Source of the DNA: an uncultured Christensenella sp.
GTDB taxonomy: Bacteria > Bacillota > Clostridia > Christensenellales > Aristaeellaceae
Reading direction: 5' to 3'
DNA length: 60,896 bases
Assembly: GCA_964648235.1 (NCBI GenBank)
Contig: CAZYKQ010000002.1
Location: 1-60,896 of the forward strand
In this document: positions 48,471 to 58,510 of the stretch, one piece after another
Position numbering within the stretch: position 1 is the stretch's first letter
How the letters are laid out: every line of letters starts with the position of its first letter
Notes under the pieces: generated by a model
Seen by the model: the letters and a program-made list of their open reading frames with translations, nothing else
Databases searched by the model: none
What the model was told of the DNA's origin: nothing
Position numbers and translations under genes: made by a program

Positions 48471-50009
48471 ATGCAGCTAAAAAGCGATCATACTATTGAA
48501 ATAGACGGCCATCATCTGGATCTGGAGCAGTTTATTGCAGTCGTCAGGCATGGCGCACGGGTTCATGTTTCTCAAGTGGCGCAGGAACGCATGCGCCGCT
48601 CCCGCAATGTCGTGGAGGATATTGTAAAGAGCCGGCGCCCTGCTTATGGAATCAATACTGGTTTCGGGGATTTTTCGCGTGTATCCATTAGTTCTGAGGA
48701 TGCCAATACCCTGCAAAATAATCTGATTCTCAGTCATTGTACAGGCATGGGTGAGCCTTATCCCGAGGAAGCGGTGCGCGGGATGCTGTTGCTTCGCGCC
48801 AATGCGCTGTGCGGAGGCTTCTCAGGCATTCGTCCTGAGATCGTCATTACAATGGCGGATATGCTAAATCATGGTATTCACCCTGTCGTTCCTCAGAAAG
48901 GTTCATTGGGTGCGTCGGGTGACCTTGCCCCTCTGTCCCATCTGTCGCTGGTATTGCTGGGGCTTGGCGAAGCTGACTATCAGGGAGTGCGTATGCCAGG
49001 AGCGGCAGCGATGAAGCGCGCCGGATTGCCCACTTATTCTCTGCTTGCCAAAGAGGGCCTGGCCCTGATCAACGGTACCCAGGCAATGTGCTCAACAGGA
49101 GCACTGGCGCTCTATGATGCCCTGCAGGCGGCACAGCTTGCTGATGTTATCGCCTCCATGTCCCTGGAAGCGCTGCGCGGCTTGACCAGCGCCTTTGAAG
49201 ACAGAGTTCAGTCCGTACGGCCTCAAAAGGGTCAAATTCCGGTTGCGCGCAACCTTCGTTTGCTGTGCGAAGGCAGCGCTATCCTTGATAAGTCAAAAGA
49301 TCTCCGCGTGCAGGATGCCTATACCCTTCGCTGCATCCCCCAGGTGCACGGCGCTGTGCGCAGGGCTCTGCAGCATGTAGTGGAAATCGTTACGGACGAG
49401 TTAAACGCTGTCACCGACAACCCTTTGATCTTCTCAGAAGACGGCGCGGTGATATCCGGCGGCAACTTTCACGGCGAGCCTCTGGCATTGGCATTTGATT
49501 ACCTGGGCATTGCCGCAGCGGAGCTCGCTAACATCTCAGAGCGCCGGCTGGAACGCATGGTCAACCCACAGTTAAGCGGCTTGCCTGCATTCCTGGTAAA
49601 GCAGGGGGGGCTTAATTCCGGCATGATGATTGTGCAGTACTCAGCGGCTTCCATGGTGTCGGAAAATAAGATTTATGCTCATCCTGCCAGCGTTGATTCA
49701 ATCCCTTCCTCTGCCAACCAGGAAGATCATGTCAGCATGGGGACGACAGCGGCTCGCAAAGCCCGCCTGATCATTGAAAATACCTTGAGCGTTCTTGCAA
49801 TGGAGCTGATGTGTGCCTGCCAGGGCTTGGACCTGTTGGAGGACAAACCTTCACCCATACATGAAGCGATCCACAAACGCGTCCGCCAACTGGTCAGGTA
49901 TTATGAAAAAGACAGGGAAATCAGGCTGGATATTGACGCTATGAATAGCTTCATCCGCAGCGATGACCTGCTGCGGATGACAAAAGAAATGATTCCCGAC
50001 TTTGAGTGA
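48471..50009 (+). CDS. hutH: Histidine ammonia-lyase
   Basis: MIO-forming GASGDLAPLSH. AAGGAG 48459-48464 precedes ATG 48471. The longer ORF from 48315 has no support. Confidence 0.95.
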   Translation: MQLKSDHTIEIDGHHLDLEQFIAVVRHGARVHVSQVAQERMRRSRNVVEDIVKSRRPAYGINTGFGDFSRVSISSEDANTLQNNLILSHCTGMGEPYPEEAVRGMLLLRANALCGGFSGIRPEIVITMADMLNHGIHPVVPQKGSLGASGDLAPLSHLSLVLLGLGEADYQGVRMPGAAAMKRAGLPTYSLLAKEGLALINGTQAMCSTGALALYDALQAAQLADVIASMSLEALRGLTSAFEDRVQSVRPQKGQIPVARNLRLLCEGSAILDKSKDLRVQDAYTLRCIPQVHGAVRRALQHVVEIVTDELNAVTDNPLIFSEDGAVISGGNFHGEPLALAFDYLGIAAAELANISERRLERMVNPQLSGLPAFLVKQGGLNSGMMIVQYSAASMVSENKIYAHPASVDSIPSSANQEDHVSMGTTAARKARLIIENTLSVLAMELMCACQGLDLLEDKPSPIHEAIHKRVRQLVRYYEKDREIRLDIDAMNSFIRSDDLLRMTKEMIPDFE

Positions 50010-50011
50010 TG

Positions 50012-51241
50012 TCAGTTTTCTACAACAAGAACTCCATCCTTGATAACCTTGCTGACAAGGTTTTCACCAAATCGGTAGAATAAATATTCTAAATTGTTAC
50101 TTTTCCACAAGATCACATCGGCCCGCTTGCCCACTTCCAGCGTGCCGATTTCTTTTTCAAGGCCGATCGCCGATGCAGCGTTGAGTGTCACAGCTGTCAG
50201 AACCTCGGCAGGCAGCATACGGTACTGCCAGCATGCAAGGTTCATGACCAACTGTAGATTGAAACTCGGACAGCTACCAGGGTTAAAATCAGTCGCCACA
50301 CATAGAGGTATCCCCTGTTTGATCATATCCCGCGCGCGGGCGTAAGGCTTGCTAAGGTAAAAAGATGTTCCAGGCAACAGACAGGCAATCACGCCGCCTT
50401 GCGCAAGCGCCGCTAGTCCCTCGTCATTCGCGGCGATCAGGTGTTCAGCAGAAATTGCGCCAAGCTCACCGGCCAGTTCGCTGCCACCAATAGCGTTAAT
50501 CTCATCCGAGTGTATCTTCGACCTCATTCCAAGAGCCTGCGCGGCTTTCAGCACGCAACGAGACTCTTCGACGGAAAAAACACCCATTTCACAGAATACA
50601 TCACAAAAATCCGCCAAATTTTCTTCTGCGATCGCCGGCAGCATGTCATTAATTAATAGATCTATATAGTTTTCTCTGTTATTCCTGTACTCTAGGGGCA
50701 GAGCATGCGCGCCCATGAAGGTGGATACAAGGCGAATAGGCTGGATCATGTTCAATGCTTTTGTCACACGCAGCTGTTTTAGCTCTGCTTCAAGGCTCAG
50801 ACCGTAACCGCTTTTTGCTTCACAGGTTGTAGTGCCGTGGTCAAGCATACAGGATAAGGTATGGAGAGCCTTGTTTTTCAGTTCTTCCTCGCTGACGGCT
50901 CTGGTTGCGCGTACAGTGGACAGAATGCCCCCACCCTGTGCAAGGATCTCCAGATAGGGAACGTCCCGCAATTTCAGCGGCAGCTCATTCTCCCGCCAAC
51001 CGCCGAACACCAGATGTGTATGCGCGTCAACAAGGCCTGGCGTGACAAGGCATCTGTCTGCGTCCACCATCTGCTCAGCAGATACATCAGGCTTTCCCTG
51101 CCCTATATCCGATATTCTTCCATCGTGAATCAGGATGTAAGCGCCTTCAAGCAGGCGGATATCTCCCTGACCTTTTCCTGATTTGGCTTCACTACCATGA
51201 GGCGTCGCCAGAAGGCCTATGTTATGAATCAGCAAGCTCAT
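50012..51241 (-). CDS. hutI: Imidazolonepropionase
   Basis: Amidohydrolase motifs (GLVDAHTHLVFGG, HSDE..., ATDFNPGS). 4-nt overlap with hutU. Confidence 0.93.
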   Translation of the reverse strand: MSLLIHNIGLLATPHGSEAKSGKGQGDIRLLEGAYILIHDGRISDIGQGKPDVSAEQMVDADRCLVTPGLVDAHTHLVFGGWRENELPLKLRDVPYLEILAQGGGILSTVRATRAVSEEELKNKALHTLSCMLDHGTTTCEAKSGYGLSLEAELKQLRVTKALNMIQPIRLVSTFMGAHALPLEYRNNRENYIDLLINDMLPAIAEENLADFCDVFCEMGVFSVEESRCVLKAAQALGMRSKIHSDEINAIGGSELAGELGAISAEHLIAANDEGLAALAQGGVIACLLPGTSFYLSKPYARARDMIKQGIPLCVATDFNPGSCPSFNLQLVMNLACWQYRMLPAEVLTAVTLNAASAIGLEKEIGTLEVGKRADVILWKSNNLEYLFYRFGENLVSKVIKDGVLVVEN

Positions 51242-53247
51242 CTTGTCCCCTCTATTGCCTGGCGGACAAGCGCGCTGTCTGCTATATAAGGCAGGGTAAT
51301 GCAGTCGCTGCCTCTAAACTGATCATTATATGCTTGCGCCGTTTCAATGGCATGCTCATTCATTGCCCAGGATCTGCGGGACACGCCCACCATAACGTCC
51401 CAGGGCATGGCCATGCGCAGGATCTCATCCACGCGCTCGCTTCCGTCCAGCACCATACCAAAACCGCCGTTGACGGATTTACCGATGCCGACACCCCCTC
51501 CGTTGTGCAGCGCAGCCATGGTCATCCCACGGGCGCAATTGCCGGCAAAACACTGGACTGCCATATCTGCCATAATATTGGATCCGTCCTTGATGTTGCT
51601 GGTTTCACGAAATGGCGAATCGGTACCGCCCGTATCATGGTGATCGCGTCCAAGCATCACGGGGCCAATTTCTCCATTACGCACCATCTCATTAAACTTG
51701 AGTGCGATATTCATCCTTCCAAGCGCATCCTGATAGAGAATACGGCATTGCGTGCCGACAACCAGTCGGTTCTTTTTGGCATCCCGCACCCATATCCAGT
51801 TATCCCTATCCTGATAACGGCGATCCCGGTCAATAGCGTCCATCGCGGCCTGATCCGTTTTATCAAGATCTTCTTCCTTGCCGCTGAGGCAGCACCATCG
51901 GAAAGGGCCATAGCCATAGTCAAACAGCTGCGGCCCAAGAATGTCCTCTACGTAAGATGGGAAGATAAAACCGTCCAGATCGTCACGGCCGTTTTTGCAT
52001 ATATCGGTGCCCCCTGCATCATATACTGCCTTCAGGAAGCTGTTGCCGTAGTCAAAGAAATAGGTCCCTTTCCCGTGCAGGGCACAGATCAGCTTGTAGT
52101 GGTGGCGTAAAGAAATATCGACCAGCTTGCGAAACTCCTCCGGCTCTTCACTAAGCATACGTGTGCGTTCCTCAAAGCTGAGCCCCTGCGGGCAATAACC
52201 TCCGTCATAGGGCACATGGCAGGAGGTCTGATCGCTCAGCAAATCTACATGGATATCATGTTCAAGAAGATAGTTGAGCAGGTCAACCACGTTGCCGTGG
52301 TATGCAATGGCACATGCTTTCTTTTCTTTCTGCATGCGAAGTGCCGTATGAGCTGCCTGTTCGAGTGAATCATACTTCATGCTGACCCAACCCTGCTGAA
52401 GGCGGGTCTCTATGCGGGAGGCATCTACCTCCGCAATGATGGAGACGGCTCCTGCAATTTCAGCTGCCTTGCCCTGTGCTCCGCTCATGCCCCCCAGGCC
52501 AGAAGAAACGAAGAGTTTTCCTGCCAGATTATCTTCAAGCCTCAGGCCAAGTTTAAGGCGCCCTGCGCCAAGCAAGGTGTTAAAGGTGCCATGAACGATA
52601 CCCTGCGGGCCGATGTACATCCACCCGCCCGCCGTCATCTGTCCGTAGTTGGCAACACCAAGTGCGGCCGCGCGGTTGAAGTTCATTTGGTCATCATACA
52701 TACCAACCATCAGGCCATTGGTGGTAATCACACGGGGCGCTAAAGGATGGGAGCGAAACAGGCCCAATGGGTGTCCGCTCATCATGACCAAGGTCTGATC
52801 CTGCGTCAATTGCTCCAGATAATGCTTAATCAGCCGGTATTGCATCCAGTTCTGACAGACCTGACCGGTTTCACCGTATGTAACCAGCTCATAGGGATAG
52901 AGGGCTACTTCAAAGTCAAGGTTATTATCGATCATCACCTGCAAGGCCCTTCCCTCCAGGCAATTCCCTTGATAGCTATCAACGCAAGCCCCTCTGATGC
53001 GCCCCTGAGGCCTGTAACGATAACCATAAATACGCCCATGCTCTGCAAGCTCCCGCGCAAATTCTGATGCCATCACCGCATGATGCTCGGGGGGAATATA
53101 GCGAAGCGCGTTTTGAACAGCCAGTTCACATTCCGATTGGCTCAACACAGCTTCCCTTTTTGGAGCGCGCCGTATACCCGGCTCAAAGGGAGGCTGCTCG
53201 GGCAATGGGCCGGATAGCCAACTCATATTCATATGTTCCTGCTGCAT
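51238..53247 (-). CDS. hutU: Urocanate hydratase (long form)
   Basis: 669 aa. GLGGMSGAQ NAD-binding segment and conserved GGWMYIGPQGIVHGT. Confidence 0.95.
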   Translation of the reverse strand: MQQEHMNMSWLSGPLPEQPPFEPGIRRAPKREAVLSQSECELAVQNALRYIPPEHHAVMASEFARELAEHGRIYGYRYRPQGRIRGACVDSYQGNCLEGRALQVMIDNNLDFEVALYPYELVTYGETGQVCQNWMQYRLIKHYLEQLTQDQTLVMMSGHPLGLFRSHPLAPRVITTNGLMVGMYDDQMNFNRAAALGVANYGQMTAGGWMYIGPQGIVHGTFNTLLGAGRLKLGLRLEDNLAGKLFVSSGLGGMSGAQGKAAEIAGAVSIIAEVDASRIETRLQQGWVSMKYDSLEQAAHTALRMQKEKKACAIAYHGNVVDLLNYLLEHDIHVDLLSDQTSCHVPYDGGYCPQGLSFEERTRMLSEEPEEFRKLVDISLRHHYKLICALHGKGTYFFDYGNSFLKAVYDAGGTDICKNGRDDLDGFIFPSYVEDILGPQLFDYGYGPFRWCCLSGKEEDLDKTDQAAMDAIDRDRRYQDRDNWIWVRDAKKNRLVVGTQCRILYQDALGRMNIALKFNEMVRNGEIGPVMLGRDHHDTGGTDSPFRETSNIKDGSNIMADMAVQCFAGNCARGMTMAALHNGGGVGIGKSVNGGFGMVLDGSERVDEILRMAMPWDVMVGVSRRSWAMNEHAIETAQAYNDQFRGSDCITLPYIADSALVRQAIEGTR

Positions 53248-53270
53248 CAGAGGCCTCCTGTCATAATAGC

Positions 53271-54191
53271 TTAAGGCAGCTCGTTGCCCGCCGCCAGGTA
53301 GATTTCATACCATTCGTCCCGCGTGAGGCGGATGTCCGCGGCTTTCACACAGTCCCTCAGCCGCTGAATGTTCATGGTTCCGGTCACAGGCTGCATATTT
53401 GCCGGATGGCGTAACAACCAGGCCATGGCAATGGTTGTATTGCTCACGCTGTATTTTGCGGCAATCTTATCAATCTTTTCATTAAGTCTGGGGAATTTTG
53501 AGTTGCCCAGAAAGACGCCTTCAAACATACCGTATTGGAAAGGTGACCAAGGTTGAATGGTGATATCATGCAGGCGGCAGTAATCAAGTACACTGCCGTC
53601 GCGGTTGAGCGCAAACTCATCCACCATATTTACATGTTGTCCTTGGGATATCATCGTCGCATTGGTTATGCTCAGTTGGAGTTGGTTTGCCACGATCGGC
53701 TGACGCACATAGCGCTTCAGAAGCTTCATCTGCATCGGATTTTGATTGGATACGCCAAAGTGGCGTACCTTGCCGCTTTCGTACAGAGTATCAAAGGCCT
53801 CAGCCACTTCCTCAGGCTCCACCAGAGCATCCGGCCTGTGAAGAAGGAGAACGTCCAGATATTCCGTATTCAGCCGTTTCAAGATACTATCAACGGACGT
53901 AAGAATATGAGCCTTGGAAAAGTCAAAGGCAAGGCCGGGACGGATACCGCACTTTGATTGGAGAAGCACTTTTTCACGAACATTGCTGTTCATATGAATC
54001 GCTTTAGAGAAAATAGACTCACACTCACCCCCGCCGTATATATCCGCATGGTCAAAGAAGTTTGCCCCCTCCTCCAGGGCAGTTTGAACAAATTGTTCCG
54101 CCTGCGCCGGTTGCAGGCTGTTGATACGCATGCAGCCTACCGCAATGGTCGGCACTTGCAAGCCGGAAGCACCCAGCCTCACAGTTCTCAT
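53271..54191 (-). CDS. Aldo/keto reductase
   Basis: 306 aa. AKR catalytic-tetrad context (FFDHADIYG, LQSKCG, LLLHRPD). Confidence 0.88.
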   Translation of the reverse strand: MRTVRLGASGLQVPTIAVGCMRINSLQPAQAEQFVQTALEEGANFFDHADIYGGGECESIFSKAIHMNSNVREKVLLQSKCGIRPGLAFDFSKAHILTSVDSILKRLNTEYLDVLLLHRPDALVEPEEVAEAFDTLYESGKVRHFGVSNQNPMQMKLLKRYVRQPIVANQLQLSITNATMISQGQHVNMVDEFALNRDGSVLDYCRLHDITIQPWSPFQYGMFEGVFLGNSKFPRLNEKIDKIAAKYSVSNTTIAMAWLLRHPANMQPVTGTMNIQRLRDCVKAADIRLTRDEWYEIYLAAGNELP

Positions 54192-54206
54192 ACCCTTTAT
54201 CCTCCC

Positions 54207-55385
54207 TTACTGAACGGATCGGTAGATTTCAAGTACATCCTGCCAATAAAGTTTTTTCAGTCCGCCGATAGGCTGCTCATTACCAAAGGTATGGCCTGTA
54301 GCTTTCTGAGCCATCTCCTCAAACCTTTCAGCCTCTATTCCAAGGCCGCCTAATGTAGCAGGAAGACCCATGGCAGCATAGAAGCGCCTCAGCTTCTCGA
54401 TGCCTTCCAGCACGATGCTGTCTGGATCGCGGAAACTCCCTTCCACCCCCATCACATTGACAGCAAACTGTACAAACATGTTGACGTTGTCCTTATAAAC
54501 ATATGTCATCCAGGCGGGTGTCAGCACAGCCAACCCCGCGCCGTGCGCCACATCATAGATGGCGGACAGTTCATGTTCCATTTTATGGCATGCCCAATCC
54601 TGCTCACGCCCCATGCCAACCAATCCATTGTGAGCGACCGTTCCGCTAAAGCCAAGCTCACACCAAGCGTCATAATCGTTGGGATCTGACAATGCCTTGG
54701 GCGCGTTTTTCATCAGCGTTTTCAACACTGTCTCGCACAATCCATCCGTAAGGTCAGTATGCGTCGTGTTGGTAAAATAGCGTTCAAACACATGGCTCAT
54801 CATATCAGCGACACCGTTGGCCAGCTGATTCTTAGGTAATGTATAGAAAAGCTCCGGGTTGATTACGCTCAGCAAGGGACGCAGATAAGGACTGCCGTAC
54901 CCATACTTTAGCTGTTTTTCTTCATTCGTGATCACCGTATCACCGCTGGATTCGCTGCCTGCGGCAGGAATGGTCAGGATGGTCGCAACAGGAAGCGCGC
55001 GTTCGATGCGCTTGCCTTCTTCATACACTTCCCAAATATCGCCTTCATAGAAAACACCCATAGCAATTGCCTTGGCGGAGTCGATCACACTGCCGCCGCC
55101 GACAGCCAGGATCAGATCGACATTCTCCCTTTTGCACAGCGCGATGCCCGCGTGAACCAATGACAGGCGAGGATTAGGCTTCACGCCAGCCAGCTCCACA
55201 AAATCCACGCCCTGCTCCTTCAGCGAGGCAATGACACGGTTATACAGGCCACTTTGCCTAATACTTCCGCCGCCGTAATGCAATAGAACCTTTTTGGCGT
55301 GAGGCTTCAGCAGTTTTCCGATTCGTTGTTCGGTATCCTTCCCAAAGACGATACGGGCCGGTGAGTAAAAATCAAAATTCAACAT
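54207..55385 (-). CDS. Iron-containing alcohol dehydrogenase (butanol/YqhD-like)
   Basis: GGGSVIDSAK motif and metal His cluster. ATG 55385 (MLNFDFYSP) lies behind AAAGGAGAAAA. Confidence 0.9.
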   Translation of the reverse strand: MLNFDFYSPARIVFGKDTEQRIGKLLKPHAKKVLLHYGGGSIRQSGLYNRVIASLKEQGVDFVELAGVKPNPRLSLVHAGIALCKRENVDLILAVGGGSVIDSAKAIAMGVFYEGDIWEVYEEGKRIERALPVATILTIPAAGSESSGDTVITNEEKQLKYGYGSPYLRPLLSVINPELFYTLPKNQLANGVADMMSHVFERYFTNTTHTDLTDGLCETVLKTLMKNAPKALSDPNDYDAWCELGFSGTVAHNGLVGMGREQDWACHKMEHELSAIYDVAHGAGLAVLTPAWMTYVYKDNVNMFVQFAVNVMGVEGSFRDPDSIVLEGIEKLRRFYAAMGLPATLGGLGIEAERFEEMAQKATGHTFGNEQPIGGLKKLYWQDVLEIYRSVQ

Positions 55386-55787
55386 CAATTTTTCTCCTTT
55401 CATTTCTCAGGTCTATTTGGCAGTCTTTCAGCTGCATATCCGTCTAAGCGTGAGACAGCTTATCACCGCCGGTTCATAATTCTATTCTATCCCATTCTTG
55501 CGGTAAAGCGCAAGGCAGGCAGGGATCAGGGTAAGGTTCATTTTCGATCTGCTCATAACCTTCGCTCAGGTTGTAGGCTTATTTGAGAATGTGCCGAACA
55601 AATTCTATGCATCAAGCAGCCGAATCGCGTTGCGTGTTCTTGCAGGTTTTTATATGGCCAGATAGTCAAAGTATACACCAAGTTCATCCACGGCTAAAAT
55701 GAAATTGGGCTTTTGGAAGGTGTATTCAGTATCTACGTCAGCTTCTATCACGCGTTGCAGCTATGCACAGTTTGTACTTTATTTTAA

Positions 55788-56492
55788 TCATACTTGTTCT
55801 GTCAGCCAGTTACTTAACTCCTTGTATCCGCCTTGGGGATAGATCGATGTGTCCCTGTTTTTTTCATTGATCAGACAGTCTGTCAGTAAGAAAACGCGCA
55901 TGCCAAGCTCCGCCGCTACCATGTCATCATAGGCATCATTACCGACCATAATGCAATTTTCCGGTTTTTCACCGATCTTCTCCATGATCTCCAAATAGTA
56001 ATTGGTATTTGGCTTGCAATAATGATAGTCTTCATAGGTGGTATACAGTTCAAAATCATCAGGCAAAAGACCAGCCCAATGGATGCGGTGATAAGTAGCA
56101 ACGCGCGGAAACAAGGGATTGGTCGCTAAAACAAGGCGATGTCCGTCCTCCTTCAATCTCCCGATCAGTTCCGCAGCGCCGGGATGAAAGCCGCAGGCTT
56201 CCTTTGCCTGTTGAAATTCATTGGCATAGAATGATTCAAATACTTCTCTATTCCGCACCGCTTCGGGCCCCATGTGTTGTTCAAAAGTCTGCCAGAACCG
56301 CTGCTCATTGCTCATGCTGCCATCATTAAAAATCATAGCATAGGTCCCCCGCCCCAGCGCATCAAGCACTTTCTGTGGGTTATAGCCCTGAGAAGCCACC
56401 TTTTTACCAAGCAAACCAAAATATACTTCAACAAACTTGTCCTGATCCATGGGTAGCAATGTTCCGTCCAAGTCAAATAACAGCGTCGTCAT
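55788..56492 (-). CDS. HAD-superfamily hydrolase
   Basis: DLDGTLL motif I directly after ATG 56492. GNDAYDD motif IV. The longer ORF to 56600 runs through the tRNA-Ala gene and its terminator. Confidence 0.88.
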   Translation of the reverse strand: MTTLLFDLDGTLLPMDQDKFVEVYFGLLGKKVASQGYNPQKVLDALGRGTYAMIFNDGSMSNEQRFWQTFEQHMGPEAVRNREVFESFYANEFQQAKEACGFHPGAAELIGRLKEDGHRLVLATNPLFPRVATYHRIHWAGLLPDDFELYTTYEDYHYCKPNTNYYLEIMEKIGEKPENCIMVGNDAYDDMVAAELGMRVFLLTDCLINEKNRDTSIYPQGGYKELSNWLTEQV

Positions 56493-56528
56493 TGTTTCCT
56501 CTTTCCCGAACAAAATTGAAATAAAAAG

Positions 56529-56560
56529 AAGGGGCGAACCCTGTAACAGGTACGCCCTTT
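56529..56560 (-). terminator. Intrinsic terminator after tRNA-Ala
   Basis: Minus strand AAAGGGCGTACCTGTTACAGGGTTCGCCCCTT followed by CTTTTTAT. Confidence 0.55.
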
Positions 56561-56561
56561 T

Positions 56562-56637
56562 TGGTGGAGCATAGGAGACTCGAACTCCTGACCCCAACAC
56601 TGCCAGTGTTGTGCGCTACCAACTGCGCTAATGCCCC
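56562..56637 (-). tRNA. tRNA-Ala (anticodon GGC), CCA encoded
   Basis: Hand-folded cloverleaf: GGGGCAT/ATGCTCC acceptor with G3-U70, D arm GCGC/GCGC, anticodon stem CAACA/TGTTG with loop CTGGCAG, T arm AGGAG-TTCGAGT-CTCCT. 76 nt. Confidence 0.93.
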
Positions 56638-56651
56638 GAACAGCGAAACCA

Positions 56652-56680
56652 ACTATATCACAACTATTTATCTTTGTAAA
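56652..56680 (-). promoter_or_regulatory. Promoter of tRNA-Ala (TTTACA-17-TATAGT with TG extension)
   Basis: Minus strand TTTACA AAGATAAATAGTTGTGA TATAGT. The -10 ends 14 nt before the mature tRNA 5-prime end. Confidence 0.5.
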
Positions 56681-56701
56681 TACCCTGTTCACGAAAAAAC
56701 G

Positions 56702-56730
56702 TAGAAAATAGTCATGTCTCATGATATAAT
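56702..56730 (+). promoter_or_regulatory. Putative promoter of the sensor kinase operon (TAGAAA-17-TGnTATAAT)
   Basis: TGATATAAT at 56722-56730, weak -35 TAGAAA at 56702-56707. Confidence 0.35.
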
Positions 56731-56767
56731 TACTGTAGTAATAAACTCTTATGACCGGAGGAATCTC

Positions 56768-58510
56768 ATGCCACGAAGGCTTATGAGCAGCCTGAAGACC
56801 TTTAGGGTACGTATAATCGTTATTGTAGCGTTATGCTGGCTTTTACCTATGTTGGTTTTGGGTGTTTACATGAGCAGTATTTTTGTTGACGCTTTGAAAA
56901 TAAAAACTGAACAGGCACTTCAGTCAGGACTTCTTCACGCTGAGGATCTGACGATCAGTGAAGTTGAACGTGTACTCAAGAAATCAAAAGATATTACTTA
57001 TGACGAGATTATCTATGAAAACTATATTTCTTATCAAGAAGGAAAAATTGATTATGAGGGGTTTTATACCGCTAGTCGCTCATATTGGCAAAAAATGTTT
57101 CAGCGTGAACAGGTAATGCCCTTCACTGCTTTCTTTTTTCTGGATGAGCCCTGGCGGATGCTGCATACAGCCGATGATGCCGCTCAGGTGCAGCGATTCA
57201 ACGAAGCAGTAAAGCCCTCGATTCTTCTGTTATCAACAGCGCTTGATACGCGCAGCCGTTTTGCCTGCATTGATGACAATCTTTATCTTGTGAGAAACTT
57301 GTATAATCGCCATCTTGAACCGTTTGGCATGGTGGTGCTAGGGCTGAATGCAGACATTCTCTTATCCCCTTTGTTGAATTCCGACACCATTTGGCAGGGC
57401 AAAGCTGACATTATACTGGATGAATATATTCATATAGCCGATAATACACATCCCTTTGTTTACGCGGACTACCGCCCTGGTTTGCTTGAGGAGGATCGCA
57501 GCATAAGCTACAGCCGGCGCGTAAAAACATCTGACTACCAATTGACGTATCGGGTCAGACTTGATCAGTCCATTGTGTTTGGGCAATTGAATGAATACTA
57601 CCACCTGTTGTGGATTCTGATCATGTTATTAATTCCGCTCGCTGCCTTGATCATGATGTTCATCCATCGGCGAATGACAAAACCTTTGGCCCGTCTGTCG
57701 GCAGCCACCCAGCAGATGGCACAGGGAGAGCTGGGTGTAACTGTGCCCATGCAAGGTGCTGATGAAATTGGCAGCCTTGGCCGATCTTTCAACACAATGA
57801 GTTTGCAAATACAGCACCTGATCGACAAATCCTACAGGGAAGAATTGGCCCTGCGAGACGCGCGCATCTCTGCCCTTCAAAGCCGTATCAACCCACATTT
57901 TATGAACAATGCGCTGGAAATGATGAATTGGCAGGCACGCATGGAAGGCGCCCAGTCCGTTGGTCAGATGATCGAAGCACTCAGTACTTTAATCAATGCG
58001 GCGCTTGATCGAACCGACGAACGTACTGTGCCACTGTATTCGGAATTAGAAGTGGCTGACGCATACTTCTTTTTCATCAAACAACGCTTTGCCGGGCGAG
58101 TCAGCATCGAAAAATCCTATGATGATTCAATGCTCGAGTGGCAGGTCCCGCGCTTAATTATTCAAACGCTGCTTGAGAATGCCGTGGAACACGGCATCGC
58201 GCCGGCAGGCGGTGGAGTGATACGCCTTGAAGCCTATGTAAAGGGAGAACTGCTGTATATTGACGTTCGTAACAACGGTAAGCTTCTAAGCCCACAGGAG
58301 CAGGAAAAGGTCAATGGTCTGCTAAATAACATCAAAGGCTCAAACAGCGAACACATTGGCATTCAAAATGTCATCCTGAGACTTAACTTGATCTATCATG
58401 GAGAAGCAGGGCTTGCAATATATGCGGATGAAAATGGCGAGACCCTGGCCCGCATCCACATTCCTATTGACCAAAGCTATGGTGAATCCCCTCAAAGGAG
58501 CGTGATATAG
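56768..58510 (+). CDS. Sensor histidine kinase, YesM/LytS type (extracytoplasmic domain, HAMP, His_kinase, HATPase)
   Basis: Two TMs flank a sensor domain of about 250 aa. HAMP (MTKPLARLSAATQQMAQGELG). H-box NPHFMNNAL. GGAGG 56757-56761 precedes ATG 56768. Confidence 0.9.
   Translation: MPRRLMSSLKTFRVRIIVIVALCWLLPMLVLGVYMSSIFVDALKIKTEQALQSGLLHAEDLTISEVERVLKKSKDITYDEIIYENYISYQEGKIDYEGFYTASRSYWQKMFQREQVMPFTAFFFLDEPWRMLHTADDAAQVQRFNEAVKPSILLLSTALDTRSRFACIDDNLYLVRNLYNRHLEPFGMVVLGLNADILLSPLLNSDTIWQGKADIILDEYIHIADNTHPFVYADYRPGLLEEDRSISYSRRVKTSDYQLTYRVRLDQSIVFGQLNEYYHLLWILIMLLIPLAALIMMFIHRRMTKPLARLSAATQQMAQGELGVTVPMQGADEIGSLGRSFNTMSLQIQHLIDKSYREELALRDARISALQSRINPHFMNNALEMMNWQARMEGAQSVGQMIEALSTLINAALDRTDERTVPLYSELEVADAYFFFIKQRFAGRVSIEKSYDDSMLEWQVPRLIIQTLLENAVEHGIAPAGGGVIRLEAYVKGELLYIDVRNNGKLLSPQEQEKVNGLLNNIKGSNSEHIGIQNVILRLNLIYHGEAGLAIYADENGETLARIHIPIDQSYGESPQRSVI

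Noticed and set aside
56489-56722. A 77-aa ORF, and the N-terminal extension of the HAD ORF up to 56600.
   Set aside because: Both read through the tRNA-Ala gene (56562-56637) and its terminator. The HAD motif I (DLDGTLL) follows ATG 56492 directly, so the short start is correct.
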